Shown in pieces: positions 29,158-36,775 of a stretch of DNA of 64,000 nt. The position numbers and the translations under genes were made by a program. This stretch comes from Escherichia phage 4E8. The notes under the pieces were generated by a model. It made no database searches and was not told where the DNA came from. It worked only from the letters and a program-made list of their open reading frames with translations. The stretch is taken from sequence record OQ689734.1, one strand, 5' to 3'. Numbering within the stretch: position 1 is the first letter of the stretch; each line of letters begins with the position of its first letter.

Positions 29158-29427
29158 TTACTCCAATGTAGGGAATGGTTTTAGGTTGTTCATGGCTGTA
29201 CGAACATCAGCACAGATTTCAGGGTCACGATAAGAGAGGAATTTACCATCCTTACCACGAATCATTACATTAGTCCGTGCTGTTTTATTAGGCAATAAAG
29301 AAATCCCTCCAATAAGATGGTTGGTAGGGTGTTGTCCTTGATTAACTTTGTAATCATGAGTCTGAGCGTCACCGTTAAAGAGATGATCACGAATTTGGAT
29401 TAAACTAATCTTCATATTATGCACCAA
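29158..29427 (-). CDS. hypothetical protein, tandem paralog a
   Basis: shares ARTNV-x-RG-DGKF-S-RD ... NLKPFP with the next gene. Confidence 0.5.
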   Translation of the reverse strand: MVHNMKISLIQIRDHLFNGDAQTHDYKVNQGQHPTNHLIGGISLLPNKTARTNVMIRGKDGKFLSYRDPEICADVRTAMNNLKPFPTLE

Positions 29428-29668
29428 AGTTAGGGAAAGGTTTCAGGTTTTCAATAGACTTAGCAATACGCTTAGGAACACTGCTATCACGGAAGGAGAT
29501 AAACTTTCCATCAGCACCACGAAGAGCTACGTTAGTGCGAGCTGATGTTTGGTTAAACTGAATCATCTCAACAGCACCTGTAACGTTTTCTACAGGGAAG
29601 GTGTAGCTTTCGGTTGCATTCTGAGAGGGGAGAAAATCAGTTACAGTGATATAAGTTACTTTAGACAT
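29417..29668 (-). CDS. hypothetical protein, tandem paralog b
   Basis: shares ARTNVALRGADGKFISFRD ... ENLKPFP. Confidence 0.5.
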   Translation of the reverse strand: MSKVTYITVTDFLPSQNATESYTFPVENVTGAVEMIQFNQTSARTNVALRGADGKFISFRDSSVPKRIAKSIENLKPFPNFGA

Positions 29669-29687
29669 ATTTATTACCTTAGGTTAT

Positions 29688-29720
29688 ATAAAAGAAAAGG
29701 CCACCCGAAATGGGTAGCCT
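29688..29720 (-). terminator. rho-independent terminator (minus strand)
   Basis: ggctaccca-tttc-gggtggcc hairpin followed by TTTTCTTTT on minus strand. Confidence 0.55.
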
Positions 29721-29724
29721 TATA

Positions 29725-30219
29725 TTAACTTGAGCTTAAAGCGTGTCTGATAGCTGTATGGCTTACACCAAACATTCTACCTAAAGCTCTTGTTCCAAAC
29801 TGAGCAGAACCTTTGACATAAAGATTTTTAACTCTTTTAACATCCTCTGTATTAAGTTTCATTCTAGGGTTTATGTTCCTGTGATGGCCTACATTAAGAC
29901 CTGTATCAAAAGAATGTTGAACATTCTCAGAAGCATCTGCCCACTCTAGATTCTCAATACGATTATCACTTTTTACACCATTCTTATGATTTATCTGAGG
30001 TTTGTTTTCAGGGTTAGGTATGAAAAAGGTTGCTATCAACCTATGAGCTTTCCATGACCTCCCTTCAAAATAAACCCTAATATAACCTTTAGTGTCTAAG
30101 TGGCCAGCCTCTTTACCCGGATGGCTCTTATTCCACTTAAGACCTTTTGAAGACGACTCTGTGTAAAACAGACGACCAGAATCTCTATCATAAGAGAGGT
30201 AGTCGGATATAGGAATCAC
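29725..30219 (-). CDS. HNH homing endonuclease
   Basis: GTG start; KAHRL...NP...INHKNG...DNRIENLEW HNH core plus C-terminal HTH-like LGRMFGVSHTAIRHA. Confidence 0.7.
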   Translation of the reverse strand: MIPISDYLSYDRDSGRLFYTESSSKGLKWNKSHPGKEAGHLDTKGYIRVYFEGRSWKAHRLIATFFIPNPENKPQINHKNGVKSDNRIENLEWADASENVQHSFDTGLNVGHHRNINPRMKLNTEDVKRVKNLYVKGSAQFGTRALGRMFGVSHTAIRHALSSS

Positions 30220-30530
30220 TGACTCAGCGCCCCCTTCCTTCCACCATTTGATTTTCCAGCACGATCTCCACTTTTGCCGCCGTTCGAGCGATTTCGAGAG
30301 ACTGATTCAACACGTAAGTTACTTGACGCATTAGAACCTCCCGACTTGATTGATCGTTTGTGTCCAACATCTTTACCTCGGACAGCAGCTTTTCCATCGC
30401 GCTTTTCAACGATGCGACGTGCACGGTGGCGCTGAGCATCTCCGCTCTTGCTACCAACACCTGTCTCACCCCTTGCGATTGCAGTTCTTCGTTCTTGTGC
30501 ATAATCACGTTTCGCCTTATCGGTCATCAT
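30216..30530 (-). CDS. basic Gly/Arg/Lys-rich hypothetical protein
   Basis: ATG with AAGGAG RBS; 4-nt overlap with HNH gene; a second full-length ORF (30224-30508) exists in another frame. Confidence 0.4.
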   Translation of the reverse strand: MMTDKAKRDYAQERRTAIARGETGVGSKSGDAQRHRARRIVEKRDGKAAVRGKDVGHKRSIKSGGSNASSNLRVESVSRNRSNGGKSGDRAGKSNGGRKGALSQ

Positions 30531-30560
30531 AACTCCTTAATATATCAGTGTACACTAAGG

Positions 30561-30571
30561 AGTATACATTA
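30561..30571 (-). promoter_or_regulatory. TAATGTATACT promoter-like motif (minus strand)
   Basis: ~30 nt upstream of the 30530 start. Confidence 0.3.
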
Positions 30572-30574
30572 TAT

Positions 30575-31312
30575 TTATGATTTTTCAGATTCCATTGCTT
30601 TAACAATAGCTTTACAGAAACCTGAACGAACAATATCATCCGATTCGCCATCTACTAGAGCGGCAAATTCAAATAACTGGTGACGGTAGATGAAATCAGT
30701 AGCCCAATCAAGACCGCTCTCACCACGCATGTCGTGCTGGTTAGTGTCCCCCATGCAGAACATCTGAGAGGTTTCACCAAGACGTGTCATGATTGAATAT
30801 GCTTCATCAGGAGTAGTGTTCTGGAACTCATCAACAATCACGATAGCATCGTTGAACGAGCGACCACGTAGATATTCCAGAGGTACGAACTCAATATTAC
30901 CATTACCTACTTGACATTCGTAGAAACCTTTACCGTAGCGCTGAGTAATAACATCAACGATTGGCATTAGGTATGGTTCAAACTTCTCACGAAGCCCACC
31001 GGGAAGTAATCCAAGACTATTACCCATACCAACAGCAGGTCGGCTTAGGATAATCTTCTCAATCTTCCCACTCTTCAGAGCATCAATCACTGTAGAAGTG
31101 ATTACGAAGGTCTTACCACAACCAGCAGGAGCATCTGTGAATACAACCTGTTTGGTTTTAATTGCATCAAGCAGCTCACTCTGGAATTGGTTCTGAGGTA
31201 CTACCGGCTTAGCAAGAACTACTTCTTCAAATTCCCGCTTTCCTTTCTTGGTGACGAGAGCTTCACGACGTAATTCTCTCCGTGATGCTTTCCGAGATTC
31301 TCTACGACTCAT
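30575..31312 (-). CDS. phoH: PhoH-like ATPase
   Basis: Walker A DAPAGCGKTF, Walker B IVDEFQN, PhoH motifs LPGGLREKFEPY and CMGDTNQHD. Confidence 0.85.
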   Translation of the reverse strand: MSRRESRKASRRELRREALVTKKGKREFEEVVLAKPVVPQNQFQSELLDAIKTKQVVFTDAPAGCGKTFVITSTVIDALKSGKIEKIILSRPAVGMGNSLGLLPGGLREKFEPYLMPIVDVITQRYGKGFYECQVGNGNIEFVPLEYLRGRSFNDAIVIVDEFQNTTPDEAYSIMTRLGETSQMFCMGDTNQHDMRGESGLDWATDFIYRHQLFEFAALVDGESDDIVRSGFCKAIVKAMESEKS

Positions 31313-31490
31313 TTCCTACCTCCGTGTTCTTCATATAAGAAGCTACAGGATTTACACTCTGAGCAATGGATACCTATAACCTTAATTTCGACAAACTTCT
31401 TATTCTTCCCTTTAGTCGGGGAGCCTTTGGCAAGCTCCCGTATTACTTTCGAGTCCAAATGGAGAAGAGTTGATTCACATTTAAAACATT

Positions 31491-31811
31491 TCAGATTGAT
31501 TTGTCCTTATGTAAACGGTATACTTCAGTAGCCATACAAGCTATACGCTCGTCATGTGGGAGATGCATACCAGTAGAGCCGTTCCATCCTTCGAACTCTG
31601 AATCAAAGAATCCAATAGGCTCGGGATACATCTCTTGCAAGGTGGTTAAGTCATCAGCCACTTGTTGCCACTTATCGTCAGACCAGATTGGGTCATCCAA
31701 CCAATAATACAAATAGGAGTGGATAAGCATCTGTGTTCTATGTCGTTTAATCACTTCAGCAGGACTAATCTCGTTTCCGTTACCAGTCCTAAATGTATTA
31801 TCATTGATCAT
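31491..31811 (-). CDS. hypothetical protein
   Basis: 106-aa ORF; SYLYYWLDDPIWSDDKW...EMYPE faintly resembles LigA Ia-domain signature (weak). Confidence 0.45.
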   Translation of the reverse strand: MINDNTFRTGNGNEISPAEVIKRHRTQMLIHSYLYYWLDDPIWSDDKWQQVADDLTTLQEMYPEPIGFFDSEFEGWNGSTGMHLPHDERIACMATEVYRLHKDKSI

Positions 31812-32021
31812 TTATTTAACCTCAACAATCCCAAGTTTCCAAACATATCCGGGAGCAGAGTCCTGTACGGCTCCATATTGAAGAACAGTATCACAAGCAT
31901 CACTATCTATACCATCAAGCATCAGCTGACCACGAGTAGGACGTTCTTTGTAATAGGTTACTTTGACTTCTGTGTCATGAGTCCGTTCACTAAAGCATAG
32001 ACTTAATTTGTAGATTCTCAT
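31812..32021 (-). CDS. hypothetical protein
   Basis: 69-aa ORF. Confidence 0.4.
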   Translation of the reverse strand: MRIYKLSLCFSERTHDTEVKVTYYKERPTRGQLMLDGIDSDACDTVLQYGAVQDSAPGYVWKLGIVEVK

Positions 32022-32497
32022 TCTAAAACCCTTTCCTCTAAATCATAAAAGATTTGATTTGTCCCATTGTTTTCAACAAGCACTGTCCCGTTATCTAACA
32101 GGGTAGTAACTTGTGAATAAGGAATGTTCTTTAACATCAGAGCATTGATGGTTGGCTTATTTTTGAAGTAAGCGACCGGCTCAACGTAGAAGGAAATCCC
32201 ACGACTTCCTTTGATTGGTGTGCTTGAAGACAGAACCCAAATCGTTTCTGGCTTGTCTACTTCCTTTTCAACACCAACCTCAACAAGCGAGTCAGCAGCG
32301 AAACCTACAGGACGACTAGAAGAGCCAAGCGCCCGAATAAATCCCGGTAATTTCGACATATTAGACCAACTACCAGTGTTTTCATTAAACACAGGTCTTA
32401 CATCACCATATGCCCAAACCAGATTATCACAGTCACGGGCTATGTATTTGGTCCAATCAGGAACATCATACTCTCTTCCTTCAAAAATAGCTTTCAT
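32018..32497 (-). CDS. hypothetical protein
   Basis: 159-aa ORF. Confidence 0.5.
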   Translation of the reverse strand: MKAIFEGREYDVPDWTKYIARDCDNLVWAYGDVRPVFNENTGSWSNMSKLPGFIRALGSSSRPVGFAADSLVEVGVEKEVDKPETIWVLSSSTPIKGSRGISFYVEPVAYFKNKPTINALMLKNIPYSQVTTLLDNGTVLVENNGTNQIFYDLEERVLE

Positions 32498-32692
32498 TTA
32501 GATAACCTTGTGCTTGTAGATGCTAGGGTTGAAGTAATGCAACCAGTTTATGTATTGTTTCTGTTCAAGGTAGTGTCTGCAATCATGACAAAAAGCATGA
32601 CCCAAACCTGTTTCCTCGTTCAGCTTGAAGTTGATAAGAAGCTTCTGCTTTTGACAGAAGCTACATGCTTTAGTGGGCTTCACGTAGTGCAT
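32498..32692 (-). CDS. small Cys/His-rich (zinc-binding?) protein
   Basis: CSFCQK...HAFCHDCRH; start moved from 32806 to internal Met to limit overlap with thyX. Confidence 0.35.
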   Translation of the reverse strand: MHYVKPTKACSFCQKQKLLINFKLNEETGLGHAFCHDCRHYLEQKQYINWLHYFNPSIYKHKVI

Positions 32693-33320
32693 CCCATGAG
32701 ATTGGGAAAAGTTTACGAAGCTCTTCATCAACAGTTGATGCGAACACTCGTACTTCATACTGAGCATGGTCGGACAGTCGCTGACGACATAACTCTGACC
32801 AGCCATATAAAGAACCTGTCCACACCCACTCAGTGATCATACCTTGAGGTAGAACGAATCGGGCTTGCTCTGGAGCAATAAACTTAATCAACTCATCATA
32901 TGACTCAAGAGCTGTTTCATATGCCCGATTAATCAGAACTAGTGCAGAGTTTTGCGCTCCTGTGGTGAGGAGATTCCCCGCACCTGCATGGAGGTCCGAA
33001 GGTCTTTCAAAAATCTCTTTAGGGATGAAGAGTTCAACTGCTCCATCTTTATACCGCCGGGACATTTCGTTCCACGAGAATCCAACTTGATGCTTGCCCA
33101 GCTGTCTCGCAATTGCGATTGGCGCTTTGCATCGGAAGCTAATTGTCGGATGGCGGAATGGTGTGACATGCTTTTCTCTGGCAAGGAACTTGATAAGGCG
33201 TTCATCTCGTTCATTTAACTCTCCTTCACGAGTAACCCCAAAGGAAACTCGAGCTGCATTAACAACAGATTTATCAGAACCCATTGCTTCAATTAGTGTT
33301 GCTTGTAATTGTTCGTTCAT
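32670..33320 (-). CDS. thyX: flavin-dependent thymidylate synthase (ThyX-like)
   Basis: FRHPTIS ... SWNEMSRRY resembles the ThyX RHR...S...SxRY signature. Confidence 0.65.
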   Translation of the reverse strand: MNEQLQATLIEAMGSDKSVVNAARVSFGVTREGELNERDERLIKFLAREKHVTPFRHPTISFRCKAPIAIARQLGKHQVGFSWNEMSRRYKDGAVELFIPKEIFERPSDLHAGAGNLLTTGAQNSALVLINRAYETALESYDELIKFIAPEQARFVLPQGMITEWVWTGSLYGWSELCRQRLSDHAQYEVRVFASTVDEELRKLFPISWDALREAH

Positions 33321-33334
33321 CCTTGAATTCTTCC

Positions 33335-33550
33335 TTAGTAATGAATCTTTTTATAAACCATGTTGCTTCCACTTTCTGTTTCAATCCCTTTCTGGATTGT
33401 AATCTTAGAAGCACCAGTGTTAACAATTTTTAAAGCTCGCTTAAAGCGGCGAGCCTCTTTCCGTGTGGAGTATGTTGAGAAGCTAGGGATTGTGCTATCA
33501 AAATTAAACCACTTAACTACCCAAAAAGTAATCCAAGGTTTCTTTTCCAT
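33335..33550 (-). CDS. small protein, RKEAR-family paralog 1
   Basis: STRKEARRFKR and C-terminal KKIHY shared with three paralogs at 35417-36038. Confidence 0.5.
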   Translation of the reverse strand: MEKKPWITFWVVKWFNFDSTIPSFSTYSTRKEARRFKRALKIVNTGASKITIQKGIETESGSNMVYKKIHY

Positions 33551-33551
33551 A

Positions 33552-33827
33552 TTAAATACCTTTCAGAGCCGTGTCTAAAAATGCACGGAGATTAGATTCA
33601 GTTTGCATACCTGATAAACTATAATGAGCACCACTATTCTTATCAGGTACGACAAAGGCTGGGATACTGCGAACACCATATTCAATGGCTCGCTCTCGAC
33701 CATCACCTTCAGAGATATTTACTTCTTCAACTTCTACACTGTAGTCAGCCACAACCTTCTTAAACACAGGAGCCATAGCTGCACATGGAGCACAGGAATT
33801 ACTATAAAACTTAATTACTTTACTCAT
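33552..33827 (-). CDS. thioredoxin-fold protein
   Basis: FYSNSCAPCAAMAPVF CxxC active site; ATG with AAGGAA RBS (track ORF begins at upstream TTG). Confidence 0.65.
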   Translation of the reverse strand: MSKVIKFYSNSCAPCAAMAPVFKKVVADYSVEVEEVNISEGDGRERAIEYGVRSIPAFVVPDKNSGAHYSLSGMQTESNLRAFLDTALKGI

Positions 33828-33828
33828 T

Positions 33829-34005
33829 CTATTCCTTGTTAATAAACAGATTGATATGACGCTGGGTAGCAGGAACAACAATAAAAGATTTATACTGACC
33901 TTTTGCTAAGTCATGAGCAATCTTCTTTGTCTGACCAAGACCCATCACACAGCCACTAACGATAATGGCATGTGCTTGTAATTCTTCAGGTAGGTTTAGT
34001 TTCAC
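33829..34005 (-). CDS. small hypothetical protein (58 aa, GTG start)
   Basis: sub-threshold ORF with AAGGAA RBS; fills gap between membrane-protein gene and thioredoxin. Confidence 0.3.
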   Translation of the reverse strand: MKLNLPEELQAHAIIVSGCVMGLGQTKKIAHDLAKGQYKSFIVVPATQRHINLFINKE

Positions 34006-34017
34006 TCTTTGGGTTCC

Positions 34018-34203
34018 TTATAGCATACAAAGAATAATAACAAGAGGTAGTGTTATAGCAAAATGTACCAGAACAACACTACCAAGCTTGATAGCTTTAA
34101 CATCCTCTTCTGCTGGGTTTTCTTTAATTGCTAAATTTCGAGCTTTATATATAACAGTACCAACTATTAATGACCACACGGCCCACACAATCAGTGAAAT
34201 CAT
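34018..34203 (-). CDS. small two-TM membrane protein, tandem paralog a
   Basis: IVWAVWSLIVG...KENP...IKLGS pattern shared with the next gene. Confidence 0.5.
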   Translation of the reverse strand: MISLIVWAVWSLIVGTVIYKARNLAIKENPAEEDVKAIKLGSVVLVHFAITLPLVIILCML

Positions 34204-34212
34204 ATCAAACCC

Positions 34213-34434
34213 TTATGCAGTCAACAGGTGGAGAAGGAAAGGAATGACAACAGAGAAAACTACCAGAGCAATGCTACCATGTTTAATAGGTTTAGCATCA
34301 TTCGGATTCTCTTTAAGCATCTGTTTCTGAGCCAGATAAACGATACCACCAACAAGAATTGCCCACACAGACCATACGATTGCTGAAAACATATTCATAT
34401 CCTTATAAAGAAGTTCGCCCCACCTCTTAAACAA
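34213..34434 (-). CDS. small two-TM membrane protein, tandem paralog b
   Basis: IVWSVWAILVG...KENP...IKHGS. Confidence 0.5.
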   Translation of the reverse strand: MFKRWGELLYKDMNMFSAIVWSVWAILVGGIVYLAQKQMLKENPNDAKPIKHGSIALVVFSVVIPFLLHLLTA

Positions 34435-34455
34435 AGAGACAGGGCGGAGGTTTGA

Positions 34456-35031
34456 TTAGTAAGACACATCACCACTGGAGTGGGACATGTTGCTCTTGAC
34501 GAAGTAACAGAACTTGCCAAGACCTTCATTGATTTCTTGAAGCATACTCTGATCAACTGGATAGGTGCACAAGTCTGAATCAAACTCGTCCATCTTCTCA
34601 ATGATACACATAAGAGTCATGCACATGTCGGAAAGCATGCCGTCCATGTCGAGATCAGCGTTACCTTCTCGGAACCAAGCATGACCTAAATAATTACTAG
34701 CAGTAGCATCCACTTTAACACAATGAAAGCGCATACGCTCTGCTATTCGGTCGCCTGCCTCACGAGCATAATCTTCTAGTTCATCGAACATACCATGAAC
34801 ACCTTGGAAACCAGCTCCAGAGACGTTCCAGTGGTAGTTCTTTGCTTTGATGTGTAGAAGTTCAAGATTAGCTTGCACACCACACAAGATGTGTTCTAAG
34901 CTGTTACCGCTAATCAGTTTATTCATTCCCTCAAGACGAGAGATAGAAGAGTCAGCAGTAGAGAATGGGTTGCTAGAACCCACTCGTGTTAGTTCTGGTA
35001 AGTCGAAGACATTATTATGCATTAGGTGCAT
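34456..35031 (-). CDS. Dps/ferritin-like protein
   Basis: LHIKAKNYHWNVSGAGFQGVHGMFDE...DRIAERM matches the Dps ferroxidase-centre helix pattern. Confidence 0.6.
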   Translation of the reverse strand: MHLMHNNVFDLPELTRVGSSNPFSTADSSISRLEGMNKLISGNSLEHILCGVQANLELLHIKAKNYHWNVSGAGFQGVHGMFDELEDYAREAGDRIAERMRFHCVKVDATASNYLGHAWFREGNADLDMDGMLSDMCMTLMCIIEKMDEFDSDLCTYPVDQSMLQEINEGLGKFCYFVKSNMSHSSGDVSY

Positions 35032-35344
35032 CCCCTTCTAAGTTAGTTGAATTAGCTACATTACGAGCAATGTTATCCATGACCTGTTGTGTGATAACAA
35101 TGCAATTCTGAGGGTCTACTGATTTAGAACGCCCCATTTCAGGGTCATAGACTTTGACTCGCTTGGCTGTTGAGCCAGTAACTTGCAACACTTTGAGAAG
35201 ATAACCTTGATTTCCAATAGACCATGCAACAACATCACGATTCTTGATATAACGACCAAGCATATCACGATGATAGAACTGCTGCATAACTTTAGCTTTG
35301 CTAATCTCTTCGGCTGGCGGAGCCACTTTACTCAAATCTAACAT
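35015..35344 (-). CDS. hypothetical protein
   Basis: 109-aa ORF. Confidence 0.5.
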   Translation of the reverse strand: MLDLSKVAPPAEEISKAKVMQQFYHRDMLGRYIKNRDVVAWSIGNQGYLLKVLQVTGSTAKRVKVYDPEMGRSKSVDPQNCIVITQQVMDNIARNVANSTNLEGDAPNA

Positions 35345-35381
35345 TTCACTCTCTCCTGTTCAATACAATATTCTTATACTG

Positions 35382-35392
35382 TATATACATTT
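35382..35392 (-). promoter_or_regulatory. AAATGTATATA promoter-like motif (minus strand)
   Basis: one mismatch from TAATGTATATA; ~38 nt upstream of the 35344 start. Confidence 0.3.
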
Positions 35393-35416
35393 GAGAGTGA
35401 TCATATCTACTACCAA

Positions 35417-35626
35417 TCAGTAGTAAATTACTTTAGACATAAAAGAACCAGTGTTAGGGTCTTCATACCAGCGATGTATGTCAGCGCTTTTTACTATTGT
35501 GCCCAGAATCTTCAACTGTTTCTTAGCAATACGAGCCTCTTTGCGAGTGTCAAACAATTTGATGCTATCTTTTCTCGTGTGTTGATCAAGATCCCAAACA
35601 ACACGAATCGCCCACATCTTTTTCAT
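35417..35626 (-). CDS. small protein, RKEAR-family paralog 2
   Basis: DTRKEARIAKK ... SKVIYY. Confidence 0.5.
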   Translation of the reverse strand: MKKMWAIRVVWDLDQHTRKDSIKLFDTRKEARIAKKQLKILGTIVKSADIHRWYEDPNTGSFMSKVIYY

Positions 35627-35841
35627 TAGTAGTGCACCTTTCCGCTGATATAAATACGGCCTGAGGTATACTCATAGCCCTTGAGAATCTTAACAGAGGT
35701 AGTGGAGCCATCGTTTAGTGCACAGATTGACTTCTTAAGATTGCGTGCATCTTCTCGTGTCTTCTGGTAGGTCATGGTCACACCCCCACTCTTCCACTCT
35801 GTTTTAACTAACCAAACTATTTTCATAAGACCTGCTCTCAT
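35626..35841 (-). CDS. small protein, RKEAR-family paralog 3
   Basis: KTREDARNLKK ... SGKVHY; start/stop overlap with neighbours. Confidence 0.5.
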   Translation of the reverse strand: MRAGLMKIVWLVKTEWKSGGVTMTYQKTREDARNLKKSICALNDGSTTSVKILKGYEYTSGRIYISGKVHY

Positions 35842-36038
35842 TAGTAGTACACCTTGCTTCCAGCCATGAACGCCCCTGTCGAGCTTATCATGGCTTTGCT
35901 GATAGTAACTTTCTTACACCGTAAACATACCTTCCAATTCTTTTTACAGATTCGAGCTTCTTGTCGAGTGTTACAAAAAATAGCCGAAGATATTTCTTGA
36001 GTGTTGTTGTCATAAACACGAACACACCACTTTTTCAT
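35841..36038 (-). CDS. small protein, RKEAR-family paralog 4
   Basis: NTRQEARICKK ... GSKVYY. Confidence 0.5.
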   Translation of the reverse strand: MKKWCVRVYDNNTQEISSAIFCNTRQEARICKKNWKVCLRCKKVTISKAMISSTGAFMAGSKVYY

Positions 36039-36241
36039 TTTACTAAACCCTTCATGTAATCGTAGAGGTTGTTAGAAGCTTTGCCCCATTCGACATGCTT
36101 CTTATCCATGTAATCCTTAAAGATTTCTCTATTATTTTCGACACACGTATCATACTGCTGACACGCTCTGCCAAATGTCATAGCTGTTAACTGAACCTCA
36201 GTAGTTAAACCTTTAAGTTCTTGAAACTCTTCTTCAGTCAT
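36035..36241 (-). CDS. hypothetical protein
   Basis: 68-aa ORF. Confidence 0.45.
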   Translation of the reverse strand: MTEEEFQELKGLTTEVQLTAMTFGRACQQYDTCVENNREIFKDYMDKKHVEWGKASNNLYDYMKGLVK

Positions 36242-36775
36242 TTAGACACCCTTAGAAGCAACTACACCCTCGCTACCATTATAGCGACCCTTAACTGCAT
36301 AGGAATGTTCACCGGCATGTGAATGCTCAAACATTACCATCTGACCGACACGCATACCAGCACGAACACGTAAGCTGTGGTGCTTGGTTACGTTGTGGAA
36401 TTCGAACGTCAGCTTGCTATTATTAAACCCAGCGTCTGCCCACCCGGCGTGAAGGTGGTTCAAGCCACAACGAGCCATTGAGGAGCGGAGTACAAACAGA
36501 CTTGAGAGGTTATCTGGAAGGTTAAATTCTTCCATTGAGTGAGCTAAGAAGAACTGTCCCGGAGTGATGACAATACCATCTTCAGGGATTTTCACCTCTT
36601 TCCACTTGAGGTTTTCTTTAGCATCAATATCAACAATGCCGTCAGCCTGTTCTTCAACAAGGATAGTATCACCAATACGGATATCCACACTAGCAGCGTT
36701 AACATATTTATGCTCCGCATCTAAAAAGCCATTATCAATAACGCTGTGTAATTCTTGAGAACCTAAAAGACTCAT
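36242..36775 (-). CDS. dcd: dCTP deaminase (dUTPase-fold)
   Basis: SSMARCGL, AGWADAGFNNSKLTFEF, GMRVGQMVMF match the dCTP deaminase core. Confidence 0.8.
   Translation of the reverse strand: MSLLGSQELHSVIDNGFLDAEHKYVNAASVDIRIGDTILVEEQADGIVDIDAKENLKWKEVKIPEDGIVITPGQFFLAHSMEEFNLPDNLSSLFVLRSSMARCGLNHLHAGWADAGFNNSKLTFEFHNVTKHHSLRVRAGMRVGQMVMFEHSHAGEHSYAVKGRYNGSEGVVASKGV

Noticed and set aside
30224-30508. 94-aa ORF in an alternative frame to the 104-aa basic protein
   Set aside because: Not excluded, but the other frame has the stronger RBS with an ATG and a coupled overlap with the HNH gene; kept as a finding.
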